64,000 bases of DNA from Podarcis melisellensis (lineage: Eukaryota), in NCBI GenBank assembly GCA_964234715.1, contig OZ174280.1. One strand, given 5' to 3'. Made by a program: the position numbers and the translations under genes. Position 1 is the first letter of the stretch. Each line of letters begins with the position of its first letter. Below the pieces are notes generated by a model. It was not told the origin of the DNA. It worked only from the letters and a program-made list of their open reading frames with translations, and did not search any database. Positions 11,698 through 23,319 of this stretch are shown here, in pieces.

Positions 11698-14600
11698 GTA
11701 CTTCTAGGAACATGATTGGAACTGCACAGAGAGAGGTAAGAGCTGTTCAGCTCTAGCAAATGGATGTCCTTACCTTGGCAGTACTGATTGTAGGGCTCCA
11801 CTTTTCATAAGCTTTCAAGACCTGGAAAAGTAGGACACTCCACATAACACATCTAGCACCATAATGAATACATGGTGTTGACTCCATATGAGGGGGCAGA
11901 TTGCAACTGTTTATGTACAAAGGTGTTTTTAACATATCAGCTGCCCCCTGGAACCACTGATTGCTTGAGCCAGAAACACAGGGACAGTGTGAAAGAGGAG
12001 ACAGAGCACACGTAACAAGAGAAGCAGCTAAAAGTGGGCCAAGTGTATCCCTCGCTAGAAAGCTATGTTCAGTCATACTTCCAGCTGCAGTTAATGTTTG
12101 CCTTTCCCCAGAAGCTGGGGCTAACATTCCATGCTGTTGCATCACATGCATCTCTCAGGAGAAACTGACATGTGGGTCCATTGGGAAACTTGAAGCAACC
12201 AAGCTCTAGATTCTCAGTACCTTCTTCATGGCTGTGGAGATGGCAGAGTTGTGGAATTCTGTTTCGGTCACCCACCGGGATGCTGGCAGCTCCAGCTCCG
12301 CATCCCAGTTTCCTTCATCTTGATCCAGATTCAAAGAGTAGATCACATATGTTTGGCGGATGTGGGAGAAGATATGGAGAACCTGGTGAAGGAGGTGAAG
12401 ATATGTAGATGTGGTTAGGGAAGGTGAGAGATGCCGTTAGGTCAGAGCATCCCTTCCCTCCCTACCTTCTGGCAGGTGAGAAAGACAAGTTCATTGGGAA
12501 AGAAGAAACCCAGCTGCAGCCTCATAGAGGGAGGCTGGGCTTTACACGAAGACCTGGGAGCTTCTCCTTCCCAACCTTCATTGTTTCAGGACAAGGAGCT
12601 GCAGGTACATAACCTACTTGTCTGTGGGAGTGAAGACAGGGAAGAAAGCAGAGGCTGTGCTCTAGGACTAGGACAGGGGCGCAGGCCTGGAGGCAGACTG
12701 CAGTTCTCCAGGCTTCTCTTCCCAGTCGCTGAGACTCACACTAGGTTGTGCTCCTTCCCATTCCACACCCCTCCCCAGTCATACTCCTCCAAGTGTTTTT
12801 GCCTGCCTGGAATGTGGCCTTGAAGTTCAATAATGCTCCTGGCCTGCCTGGATGAAAGTATGTGTGTGTATGTATATTAAAACCTGACTTTTGTTTGGCT
12901 GGAATGTAGCCTGCTGGCATCCGTCTGTCTCGGGAGATAATGGAGGAGTGCGCCTTTGGGGGTCAAGTAGTGCACTCCACTTGTCAAGTGATGCTCTGAG
13001 CTCCAAGCAACTATTGAAGCAGGCAGACACTGGGGGGCCAGCACTTTATTGACTGGGGCTGCCAAGCTCAAGACGGGCAGTAGCTGACTAGCGAGACATG
13101 ATGATCTCTCCCACCTATGGCATAATCTGAGTGATAATCTAAAAATAATCTGAGGGCCGGATGGCTGGAAGTGAGATTTAATTCAATCCTGACAAATACT
13201 GTTCCAGATATTCATGGGGGCAGTAATTTCATTGCCAGCTATTTAACTGCAAAACTTTCCATCTGTCAGTTACAAAATAGAACAACTGTCTTCCCCATCA
13301 AACCAGCTTCATGCATGGCACACATCCTGAAGGTTTTGTTTGGCAGTTAATAGCAACAGAGATTCTGATGCTAATGCCACCCCAGGTTGTAGGTTGTAAA
13401 TCCTATGCAAGGGGAGGTGGTGGCGAGAGGGGAGGTTCTCGCTGGAGAGACACTGTATAAACAATGAGCCAATTCTGCAGGGGGGGGGGGTCCAATGTAC
13501 CTCTCCAACATGCTGCAGGCGTCTTGTTGCCACGTTACTACCAACCCAGGCCTGGAGGTGATCTGCCAGCGCTGCTTTCTGCCGCTTCTCCTGCCCTGAC
13601 TCAAGGAGGAGGCTTGGAAACTCCCAAAGCCCTGCCAACAGACCTGCAAGAAAATGTACCGTCACCAGCACAAGCTGATATTGTATCGTAGTTAAGAGCC
13701 TGAGTTATGAGCTAGAAATCCCTGGTTCAAAAAATCATCTTGGGCATAAAATTTGGTATCCTCTGGAAAAGTTACACATTCTCAGCCATATCTAAAAACC
13801 TGGAATAATATGTAGCTACTTAATAAGGCTGTCACAGAGATTCCTGAGATAATGTACACAAAACACCTAGGAAATTCTCTAAATAAATACTGTGTTGTCA
13901 ATATCATATTTTAAACATAACCACCCTCTATCAGGCATACAAGACATGTATTTAGAAAACACTGCTTCCATAGTAAACGAGCAGTGCTCCTAAGGTACAT
14001 GCCTACGTCAGGGCTGAGTGCTCTCTCCCTTGACTAGTGCAGGGGAAAGTAATGCCTTAAATAATTCAGCTGGTTTTCTTTTACTTCAACTGTGGCATGA
14101 ATTTTTCAACAGCTGAAAAAATGCTCAATAACAGAGACAGNNNNNNNNNNNNNNNNNNNNNNNNNNNNNNNNNNNNNNNNNNNNNNNNNNNNNNNNNNNN
14201 NNNNNNNNNNNNNNNNNNNNNNNNNNNNNNNNNNNNNNNNNNNNNNNNNNNNNNNNNNNNNNNNNNNNNNNNNNNNNNNAAAACCACAGGGTGGTTCACA
14301 ACATAAAAATACAAAATGAGAACACATGATAAACAAAAACAAACCAATAACCCTCCCTCCCACAATCACATTTTAAAGACCATAGAACCTTAATCAGCCA
14401 AAGGCCTGGTTATATTGAAATGTTTTTGCCTGGCACCTAGTATAGCAGCCTGGAATGGACTGGCAGATAAACCTGACCCATCTTGCAGGCATCTGTTTTC
14501 TGCAACCACTAGCTCAAAGTCATAAACTTGCCTCAACATAAAATTGGAATGATCACTGACGTGGGTGGGGTAAAGGAGTTGGAGATGTAACAACAAATTT

Positions 14601-17600
14601 TCTAGGCATGGTAAGCCTCCCTTTTTCAGACCATTACCTGTGCTAGGTCTCTGCACAATAAGGTACTCTGGTTTCCCATCACTGCACTTTCTCTGTAGCA
14701 CACATGTGGCTGTGCACTCGATCCTGGGCTGCTTCTTGGCAGTTTTCCTGGGGAAGTTCGTCACACCAAGGCTGGGATCCCATGGCTCTGAAGGAGGCAG
14801 GCAGAGGGAGCAGCTCCCTGTGGTGGCAGCGGCTACAAATCAGAAGAATGAAACAGATGAAATGCCTGGCTCTGAACTGCTGGCAACAGGCAACAGGCAA
14901 CTGTCTGCAAAGCATCTTTGCGGGAGGTGGCCTGTTCTAGGACAGGAAGACCTGGCTTGCTAATGAAGCCAGAGTTAAATCAATGCTGCCCATTCCATGG
15001 GGGCAAAGCTGACAAATGTCAGTTCACAACCAAACAAGAAACCATTAATCTCACTGGAAAATAAATAAATTCTTCAGTGCAGCCTGAACTACACACCTAA
15101 ACTGAATTTGAGCCAGTCTAGTCAATAGCTCTATGGTGGGAAACCTCCAGTCATCCAGGTTTCTCTATTGGACCCTCGGAACTCTCCACAGGTGATGCTT
15201 CTCATGGCCTCCTCAAGTGTCTCAGCCTGGCAGGAATGTTCCCTGAACTGTGATAATACATTTTGCTTGCCTGGCTGAAGGATAGAGTCGTTTCTGTTAC
15301 CCGTTACAGAATGTAGCACTTGGGGTGAAAATGTTTCCCGCCTCTGATCTATCTGTAGGCTCTATGCAATCACATGTGTGAAAGAGATCAATGAGTAGTC
15401 ATTTACTAGGTTCTCATAGATAAACCTACACAATTCAAACAATAGATTACCAAAAGCAGAGAGCAAATATGGTACAAAAAATTACCTGCAGGGGAAATAA
15501 GATACGTCAGAGGAAGGATTCAGTGCTCCTCTGCTTCTCTACCAGAGAGCTTTTAGGGACAGACATGTTTAAAAATGAAATTTTGCCATGCATTTGCCAT
15601 AAGCCTAAGGCAGCATACAAATACAAGCACAAAATACATCAGATTGATAATTAAAATGCAATTAACATACTAAGGGTGGGTTTGTTTGTTTGCATTTTAA
15701 TGATTATTTTTATGGAGACCTCATCAAAAACCATTCATCACAGCAACACTCTCATAAACCATCACAAAAGCCTGCTCAAATAAAAAGGCCACGTTTGCTC
15801 CTTAAAAACGGATCTGGATTTAGTATGTTTGGTTTTTTGTTGGGGAGTCGGGGGGGGGGGGCTTAATTTGCTGGCTACAGAAGATGGCTGTGATTCTTCC
15901 CCCACCTTCTTGTATCTACTACCCTGATTAAGAAGGGCTGCTGGTGGAATTGGGAAGAGAAGGTAGAGATTTGCTGGAGGTCGAGATCTGAGAGCTTTCC
16001 CACCTTGTAAAAACTTCAAACCACCAACCTGGTAATGCCAGGTCTTCTCAAGCGCTTACCACATTCTTCTACATCCAGCACCTGGGGGCACTTAGAAGCA
16101 GGTTTTCCTAACAGTTTCTTGGCAGAGGCTGCCTGCTCTTTTTCCACCTGCAGGAAAAGGTTCCAACCATCAGTGAGCAGAGAGGTGGGGGACTGTGCAA
16201 GTACCTGAGGCTTCTTCTAGAACTCCCATGTCCTCAGTCTTAACATCAAGCTATATGCTGACATTAGCCATGATTCCAAAGTGGAAAGCAAACTCAAGGA
16301 CAGAATAGGATGCACATCTGTGTTGTATATGCAACATTTTAAGAAAAGAGATGCAAGTGGGCCTGGTTATGTGAAAGGAACTAGGAAGGACCCACAATTT
16401 AGAATATGATTAACTGAAGACATTATAACGAAGCATTAATAGGTGGCTTTGTTAGACTGTATTTCTGCTTAGGAAGAAATCCAAACATATGAAATTGAAC
16501 GAACTCCGAGGGAATTTATGTGCACCACAGCATTCCTAAACACACTTACTAGGGAGTAAGCACCACTGAACAAAGTACTTCTTAGCAGACATGCAGAACT
16601 CCCATACAATGTTTGTGTGGTATGTGTACAAGGAGTGTTAAGTTTTTCAGGGAGCTTTGCAGAAAATGGCTCTTCTTTCCCAACAGTTCATAATAATCTG
16701 ACTCCACAGCAAAACACCAGAGCATGGGGAACAGCAAAGGGTATAAAGGAGGAGCTCCCTTACTTTGTGGTGTGCTCTGCAGTGCTGCTTCACGGGACAC
16801 TCCATGCACCGTGGGGCCTTGGGAGTGCACACAGTTGCCCCCAATTCCATCATTGCTTGGTTAAAGTCACCAGGATAGGATGGGTCCACCAGAGTGTGTG
16901 CTAAAGCCCTAAGAACGACAGCAGCCTACATTAGCAAGCATAATAAGTCTTTCTAAAGCAGCAGCTTCAAAAAACAACAACTCCTGAGCTTTCTCGACCT
17001 ACAACCGCATTGATGGGAGAGAGCTGAGAGTGAAAAAAGGAGACAGAGAGAGGTGCTAGTTTTGCACAAAAACTGCCCTGGGGCTGCCAGCTGTCGCTCT
17101 GTGTTGTAGGGAAGCATTTCTTAGGGAGGTGACTACCTACTCCCTAACTTTAGAGTGGGCTCTAGAAACCAGCATTCTGTAAAAGCTCAGCAAGCAGTAA
17201 TGGGGAGTTTCCAAAAGATAAAGAGCAGCATTTCTAAATTCTCTGCCCTCTTCCACTCTTCACAGCACCTAGCTCTTCTGCCTGAGCCAACAAACATTTA
17301 GTTAGGACTCCCATTGATTTGAATGGAATTTTCTTACAATTTTCTCACGCCTACTTCTCTGGGTGTGTGTACAGCTCCTGGTTTGCTGATTGAACTGCTA
17401 ATTCACTATATTTTTTACCTTAAGAGTTCAAACTCAGCAAGGGGAGACCAACTGCAAGTCCACTATATGCAATTAGGGATTGACTGTGAACAGTTGAGAT
17501 TTTGCCAGGACGTGTTGTCCCCAGTTTGGATATCTGATGGGGAAGAAGGAACAAAATACTTTTATCTTCCAAAAGCTATTGTCCTATTGTCCTTTCCTGA

Positions 17601-20600
17601 CTCTCAGGTCCTAAAGCTAGGCTTGCACCATCCCAACCCCATTCCTTCCCTTACCAGAGTCTGTCAGCAACAGATGCATTGGCAGGATCAGCACCAATGG
17701 CTCGTGTACGGCACAAGACCCGAATTACGTTCCCATCCACCACACCGGTCACCTGGATGCATTGGACAAAACAGCAACCCAGCTGTTACTGCACTTGTGA
17801 CAACTTCTGCTCCAGCCTCCATTAAGGGCTGCTGACAGAGCTACTGAAGAGCCCAACTAGGCCACAGAGGGCCCTCTGCCTGCATCAGATTCACTCTGTG
17901 AATCCATGGAAAGTTGAGATTACGTAGTGGTTAGGATATCAAGTATGGTTCAGGAAGTCTTTGGTTTGAAGCAGAGTGCACAGAGGTACATTGTTTAGTG
18001 GCTTAGATAGTAATGTCTAGTGACTATATTGAATTCTGTATTAATATTTGTTTCTCTTGCCAGACACCACCTCTGTATGGTTTGTGTTTGTATTGTACAA
18101 AAGGAAGTTACTCTTTAGGACTGATGACCAAGACTAGCCACAATTTAGTCTTTCTTCCAGTCACAGGGTTAGAAAAGTATCGATACTCTTTCTTTTCATT
18201 TATACAGGTTATGAAGTCATGCCATACAGTGCAGAAATCTAAATTACACACCACTTCCTTGGCTGAGATCTTCCTATTTGTTCCTACTTGTTCTAGCTCT
18301 AACAGTGAGGGAAATAGTAGCCAATTCACTGTTTTTAGGGGCAGCAAGGGAAACACAGGAGTGAACAACAGCTGCAAAGGGAAAGGAGATAAGAAAATGT
18401 CTAGCCCTCTAGATTGACTAAGGACTTAGAATCCCAAAGCCAGGTTGGGTAATATTCCTTTGTGCATATTCCTAAAGCAAATCTGCCCACTCAGACTGCA
18501 ACCTCATTACCTGACCAAACGCTATGGATGCAATAGCTCCTGCAGTGTACTTTCCAACTCCTGGCAACTGCTTCTGCAGCTCTTCTGCTGTCCTGGGCAT
18601 ATGTCCTTCCATCTGTGACACCAACTGCAAAATAAACCCAGTTGAAGCAACACAGGGACATCGTCACTCAAAAGTACCACCTCTGGTGGTTCTTAGGCAC
18701 ACCGTTAAAACTTCCAACATCCCTTTAAGGTGTCATGATCCTGGAGTCAGATTCCCCTTCTTCAGGGGATGAGGTTGAGGACTCTGAAGCAGGAGGGGAA
18801 AGGGAATGGAGGGCCAGCCCCAGAAGTACTTCTATCTGATGAGCCTGTGAGGGCAGTGTTCCTCCAGCCAGAGAATGTGGCACTGCTGTCCTTGGAAGAA
18901 ACTATTGCAGAACATTCCTAGCCCCCTGCTCTATTGCAATAGGAGTAGGTTGGCTTTCACTGAAGAAGCACTTGCCTTTGCAGATGGGGCTAACAATTGG
19001 GGTGGCCTTGCTGCCACTATATAGGGTTCAGTGACTGAAACAGTATCAGAGCTCCATGTTTCTATAGCACAACCTGAGCAGCTCATTAAGAAGAAGGTGA
19101 CCTTTCTGGTGATAAGATATCATGAGATGAAAATACTGCCCATTGCCTCTTGGAGGAAGGGTGGGATACAAACATTAGGGGATTTTGGATATACATTTCC
19201 TACAAACTATGCCCTCAGTTTTAGGAAGCTACTCAGCTCAAGAGTAAACCATTTGGGGTTTCCCACCTTGCCATCTAATAACACTTTGCTATTCCAACCT
19301 GAACTCCCAATTAGACTAGTTAGTACAATAGCTACAGTAGCTAGTTATCTTGCACCTGGTTCTTTCCTAAGTGGCTATTAGAAAATCTTTCTTTCTGTAA
19401 GCACAGGACATAAAGGGAACTATCTTCTTGCAAAAATGCCTTGTGTCTTGACCCACTGCCTATAGAGTACCTTATGTGCACCTTCCTGGAGTCGCTTCCC
19501 TCGGGAATAGTAGCCAAGCCCTGCCCATAGCTCATTCACCTCCTATTTCCAAATAGAAAGAGTTAGAAAAAAAATATTAGACCAGACCAATAATGAATGC
19601 TTTTGCTTAGTGTATTTTTTTTGCTATTTCATTTTTGTGGATTTTTTGGGTATTTCTGTATTTTTTTTAAAAATGTATTTAAATCCTTTTTTTAAAGTGG
19701 GGTGGAGAGCAAAGCTGCATGTTCCATTCAAATATTCATGCATGAACACACACAAAATATTGCATTCTCATTCTTACCTCTAGTGAAGCCTGAGCCAGGT
19801 CCTGCAAGGTTGGCCATTTCTGTATCAAAAAGGAAAACAGGGACTTATTTACAAGGTCTCCAAAGCACAATGGATCCAAGATCCAGGATTCAGGAACTAA
19901 TGCACAACAGAGCATGCCACAGAGAGAAAAGGATCTCAGCATCACCTGCATCCAGCGATTGTAGTAGTTGATCACTGAAGCCACCTGGGTCTGCTGGAGC
20001 ATTATCTCCGATACCCACACTGCAGGGACAAAGAGAAAGGAGGTGCATCAGGCATTCTGATACCTTCCTTGTTCTGCATGGCAAGTGGGAGGGGATGTGC
20101 TGCTCAATATACCGTATTTTTCGCCACATAGGGCGCACTGGCCCATAGGATGGACCTAGTTTTTTTGGGGGGGGGAATAAAGAAAGGTTTTTTTGGGTGG
20201 GAAAAAAGAAAAAAAATTATTCCCCCCCCCCAGGCACGGGGCTGGGGTGGGGGAAGCCCGAGCTTCCCCTGACCCCAGTCCCCAGAACAGGCAGCTCTCC
20301 ACAAGCCTTGGGAGACTGGCACGACTTCCCGCCGGGCTCCCACGGCTTGCGGATATCTGCCTGAAGCCCAAACCAGGTCGGGGAACAGCGGGATGGCGGC
20401 GCTCCGCCTCCCCGCTGTCCCCCGAGCTTGTGGGGCTGACGGCAGGGAGAAGTGCGCTTCTCCCCGCCGCCAGCCTCCAAACCAGGTCGGGGGACAGTGG
20501 GAGGGCGGCATTCCGCCTCCCCGCTGTCCCCCGAGCTTGTGGGGCTGGTGGCAGCTCTCCGCAAGCCTTGGGAGACTGGTGCGACTTCCCGCTGGGCTCC

Positions 20601-22808
20601 CACGGCTTGCGGATATCTGCCTGAAGCCCAAACCAGGTCGGGGAACAGTGGGATGGCAGCACTCCACCTCCCCACTATCCCCCGAGCTTGTGGGGCTGAC
20701 GGCAGGGAGAAGTGCGCTTCTCCCCGCCGCAAGCCTCCAAACCAGGTTGGGGAACCGAAGCCCAGGGTGTGCTGTGCAGCGCGCCCCAGGCTTCGAGATG
20801 CAGGCTGCTATCCGCAAGTCTAGGGAGCCCGACAGGAACTCCCGCGGGCTCCCAAGGCTTGCGGAGAGCTTCCTGAAGCCTGCATTCGCCCCATAGGATG
20901 CACACACATTTCCCCTTCATTTTTGGAGGGGAAAAAGTGCATCCTATAGGGCAGAAAATACGGTACTTTAAAGGCAATTGTAAGAGGTTAAGCAACCTTT
21001 TTATATCCCAGGGGGACTGTTTAGCTGGAGATAACTAGTTCTGTATGCGGTTCTATTCTGCACCTTAAATATTACACTGCTGCCAAAAGTCAAGTGCCAT
21101 GATCTGACTAGGGGATCTCTAGCAACGCAGAACACCAATGTCCTTAATTGGACTAAGGAGCCACAATTCAAAGTATTTTTCTCAGCAGTAAAACCGATAC
21201 CACCACATTGCTGCTACCACTAGGACAGTGTTGTGTGCAGCCTGTGGCATTTATCTCCAGAGCACCCCTGAATGCAGATAGATGGCAGGAATCCCAGCAG
21301 AATTCCTGAGGGTTCTTGCTCTCACCAGCATACGCTCGTCTGTCAGCATCCTCTTCACTTGCAGCCTGTAGAAAAGTGAACAGGGGACTTTAGGGAACAG
21401 GACACAGCAAAGCAATTGTCTCTCTCTTCTGAGATATTTCTGTGCATCCTAGAAGCCCAGCACAATATGCCATACCAATTTCCTCCAAGGAAGATCTCGT
21501 TTGCATTTGTTGTACCAGGTGAGCAGCCTCTTCCGAAACTCTTTGATTTCAGCTGCATTGCTGAAGTTGTGGAATGGAGACTGTTGGCTGGGCACTCCTG
21601 CAACAAAGAGAGGCCAGTTACAATTTTTGCAGTGGCAATTTCTATTGGGTTGTACAAATATACATGGCAGTGGATAAACCTGTGCTGCGCCAGAGGGGAA
21701 TATGTATTTGATAGACAGTTGAAGAACAGCAGTCCTACTGGCATACCCCTCTACAAATATTTCCCAAAGATCTGCTCTTTCTGTTAACCTCAGAAACATA
21801 AGTCCTCAGCAGATATCTCCTTTGTCCATGTCATTCTTCCAGGGCTGGGGAAACCTTTTTCAGCCCAAGGGCCATATTCCCTTCTGAGTGACCTTCTTGG
21901 GGCCACATGCCAATGGTGGGCAGGGCTGGAGACAAATGTGGGTAGAGAGCAATGGATGTGGATTTTTACTTTTGTGTAGTAGGCTACTTTCTTACGCAAT
22001 CAAGCATTCTTCTCTATGTTCCATCCAACTCAAGCAAGAAGCATTTTCCAGAGTTCAAGGACACATTCTAGCCAGCAAAAACACTTAAGGAGGATGCAAA
22101 GCAGGGCTGATGAGCAGCGGGGCTCAGAAGGTTGTGTGGTCTGGGGAGGGTCCTATGGGCTAGACAGAGATCATTGGAGGATCATATTGGACCCCAGCCT
22201 GGAAGTTCCACATTCCTGTATCACACAGATTCAAAGCAGGAAGATGAGCCCCTATGACGGCAAACTAGACAACAAGTACCGTATCTGCTTATGTCACACT
22301 ATTCTAAAACAGAATACTTTTCTGACTCTACAAGTTTCAATTAAATTTCTTTTAAAAATAAATTTGAGTCAAAGAATGCTACAAGAACGGAGGCAAGGAA
22401 GGTACAATTTTTCAGGTTTTGTGTTGTTGGCCAAGCATCTCTAGACATTTTCTAATTCCTTCATAAGGAATACTCCATCTATCCCAAAGCCAGTTTGTGG
22501 AATCAGTGATGCATTAAATCTGAGATATTTGTAACTTCAGCTTCTGATTCAGTCTTTGAATGCATAGCCAGCTAAAAAGTTGAGGGGAGTTCAATAGCTG
22601 TTACCACAAAATAACTGATCCTGAAAAGAGGTTCAAACAATTCCTTTCAATTTTCTTTCATCCTACGCTGACGAAAAAATCTTTTTGTAACCCAAGCACC
22701 TTTGTATAGTGTGGTATTTCCTTCACATTTCTTCAGCGATTTCTGTTGTTTCGCAGTGTTCCTTTGTATTCCTAGCTTGCTGCGTGTTGCCAACTGGAGT
22801 TTGCTCAT
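11143..22808 (-). CDS. MUTYH: Adenine DNA glycosylase MutY homolog, 15 coding exons, 522 aa
   Basis: Exons 22808-22700, 21597-21476, 21365-21326, 20019-19946, 19819-19778, 19542-19471, 18624-18511, 17752-17655, 16908-16764, 16147-16060, 14832-14638, 13643-13501, 12382-12221, 11821-11774, 11259-11143. All are GT-AG and phase-consistent, 1569 nt in total. Motifs: [23 protein letters not shown], Hh[15 protein letters not shown], Fe-S CX6CX2CX5C, GLWEFP, FSH loop, PIP box. Confidence 0.97.
11484..11697 (+). mobile_element. L2/CR1-clade LINE 3' end with (AAT)n tail
   Basis: LWKALP..VK...[12 protein letters not shown]-like RT C-terminus, 3'UTR gtaagccacccagagtggc, and (AAT)11 at 11664-11696. Confidence 0.7.
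11774..11821 (-). CDS. MUTYH: MUTYH exon [16 protein letters not shown]
   Basis: 48 nt, ttccag|...AAG|gtaagg. Confidence 0.9.
12221..12382 (-). CDS. MUTYH: MUTYH exon with the 8-oxoG-recognition FSH loop ([12 protein letters not shown]...STAMKK)
   Basis: 162 nt, GT-AG bounded. Confidence 0.95.
13501..13643 (-). CDS. MUTYH: MUTYH exon [11 protein letters not shown]...LQHVGE (NUDIX-like domain)
   Basis: 143 nt, GT-AG bounded. Confidence 0.95.
14141..14279. other. Assembly gap (N run)
   Basis: Run of N. Confidence 1.
14280..14440 (-). mobile_element. L2-like LINE 3' end, same family as 27901-28160
   Basis: Shares agggtggttcacaacataaaa...aaacaaaccaataa...ccaaaggcctggtt with the second copy. 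Confidence 0.7.
14638..14832 (-). CDS. MUTYH: MUTYH exon with Zn-linchpin CSLC and GVTNFPRK
   Basis: 195 nt, phase 1 to 1, GT-AG. Confidence 0.95.
16060..16147 (-). CDS. MUTYH: MUTYH interdomain-connector exon VEKEQ...DVEEC
   Basis: 88 nt, cctgcag|GTG...TGTG|gtaagc. Confidence 0.92.
16764..16908 (-). CDS. MUTYH: MUTYH Fe-S cluster exon ([32 protein letters not shown])
   Basis: 145 nt, GT-AG. Confidence 0.97.
17655..17752 (-). CDS. MUTYH: MUTYH exon [15 protein letters not shown] (catalytic Asp)
   Basis: 98 nt, GT-AG. Confidence 0.97.
18511..18624 (-). CDS. MUTYH: MUTYH HhH exon [19 protein letters not shown]
   Basis: 114 nt, GT-AG. Confidence 0.97.
19471..19542 (-). CDS. MUTYH: MUTYH exon [24 protein letters not shown]
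   Basis: 72 nt, GT-AG. Confidence 0.97.
19778..19819 (-). CDS. MUTYH: MUTYH exon [14 protein letters not shown]
   Basis: 42 nt, GT-AG. Confidence 0.97.
19946..20019 (-). CDS. MUTYH: MUTYH exon [24 protein letters not shown] (catalytic Glu)
   Basis: 74 nt, GT-AG. Confidence 0.97.
20112..20963. mobile_element. Tc1/mariner Tc2-type non-autonomous element with a GC-rich internal tandem duplication
   Basis: TA-flanked TIRs ccgtatttttcgccacatagggcgcac and gtgcatcctatagggcagaaaatacgg. Internal repeat with a 260-bp period (units start at 20291 and 20551). Confidence 0.85.
21326..21365 (-). CDS. MUTYH: MUTYH exon [13 protein letters not shown]
   Basis: 40 nt, GT-AG. Confidence 0.95.
21476..21597 (-). 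CDS. MUTYH: MUTYH exon ...FHNF...[17 protein letters not shown]
   Basis: 122 nt, GT-AG. Confidence 0.95.
21840..22218. mobile_element. Old hAT-like non-autonomous element, related to the copy at about 55623-56010
   Basis: Termini cagggctggggaaacc...gaagttccacattcctg. Internal blocks (gggccacatg, ggatgtg, agttcaaggaca) are shared with the second copy. No intact TSD. Confidence 0.55.
22700..22808 (-). CDS. MUTYH: MUTYH first coding exon [36 protein letters not shown]
   Basis: A poly-T/AG acceptor lies 7 nt before the ATG. The AAG|gtgctt donor is phase 1 and joins the next exon in frame. The basic N-terminus resembles the nuclear isoform. Confidence 0.8.
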
Positions 22809-23319
22809 TGCCAGCCTAGAAAAAAAAAAAGTACCACTGTCAAATTATATTTCTCTTCACCATCTCCAGATCCAAAATTAGCAAAACATAGAACACTCTA
22901 TACAGTAGCCTGTATTCCACCAAGGTGGCAAGATGTGAATAAGAACTATGAATATAAATGCTGACAATATGGATATACAGAACTATAGGGGAACTGAAGA
23001 GTGATATAAGAGGCCTGCCTTTATTACTTACTCCTTAATAGATGTAGTCTACATATACAAGAATAGACAGAATCCTGAGTTTCTGCAATAGATTGCATCA
23101 CTTTATATATATACTCTTTGAAACTTTTTGAAAGTACAAAATTTGAAAGTACAAAATTTAACACATCAGAGAGAAAAGTTATACACGGGTCACTCCCTTG
23201 TTGTGCTAGTTTTCTATCTGCAGGAAGCTCCCAGCTCCCCAATAGGGGAGAAATGCGGATCCTTCATCCGTAGCCTGAACTGGTATGGTCCATTCTACCA
23301 CCTCAAGTTTCTGTAACCT

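Noticed and set aside
14081-14369. ORFs spanning the N gap (also 50176-50424)
   Set aside because: Artefacts of N runs lacking stop codons.
20104-20995. Multiple long overlapping ORFs (up to 267 aa)
   Set aside because: They arise from the GC-rich, stop-poor repeats inside the MITE and carry no transposase motifs.
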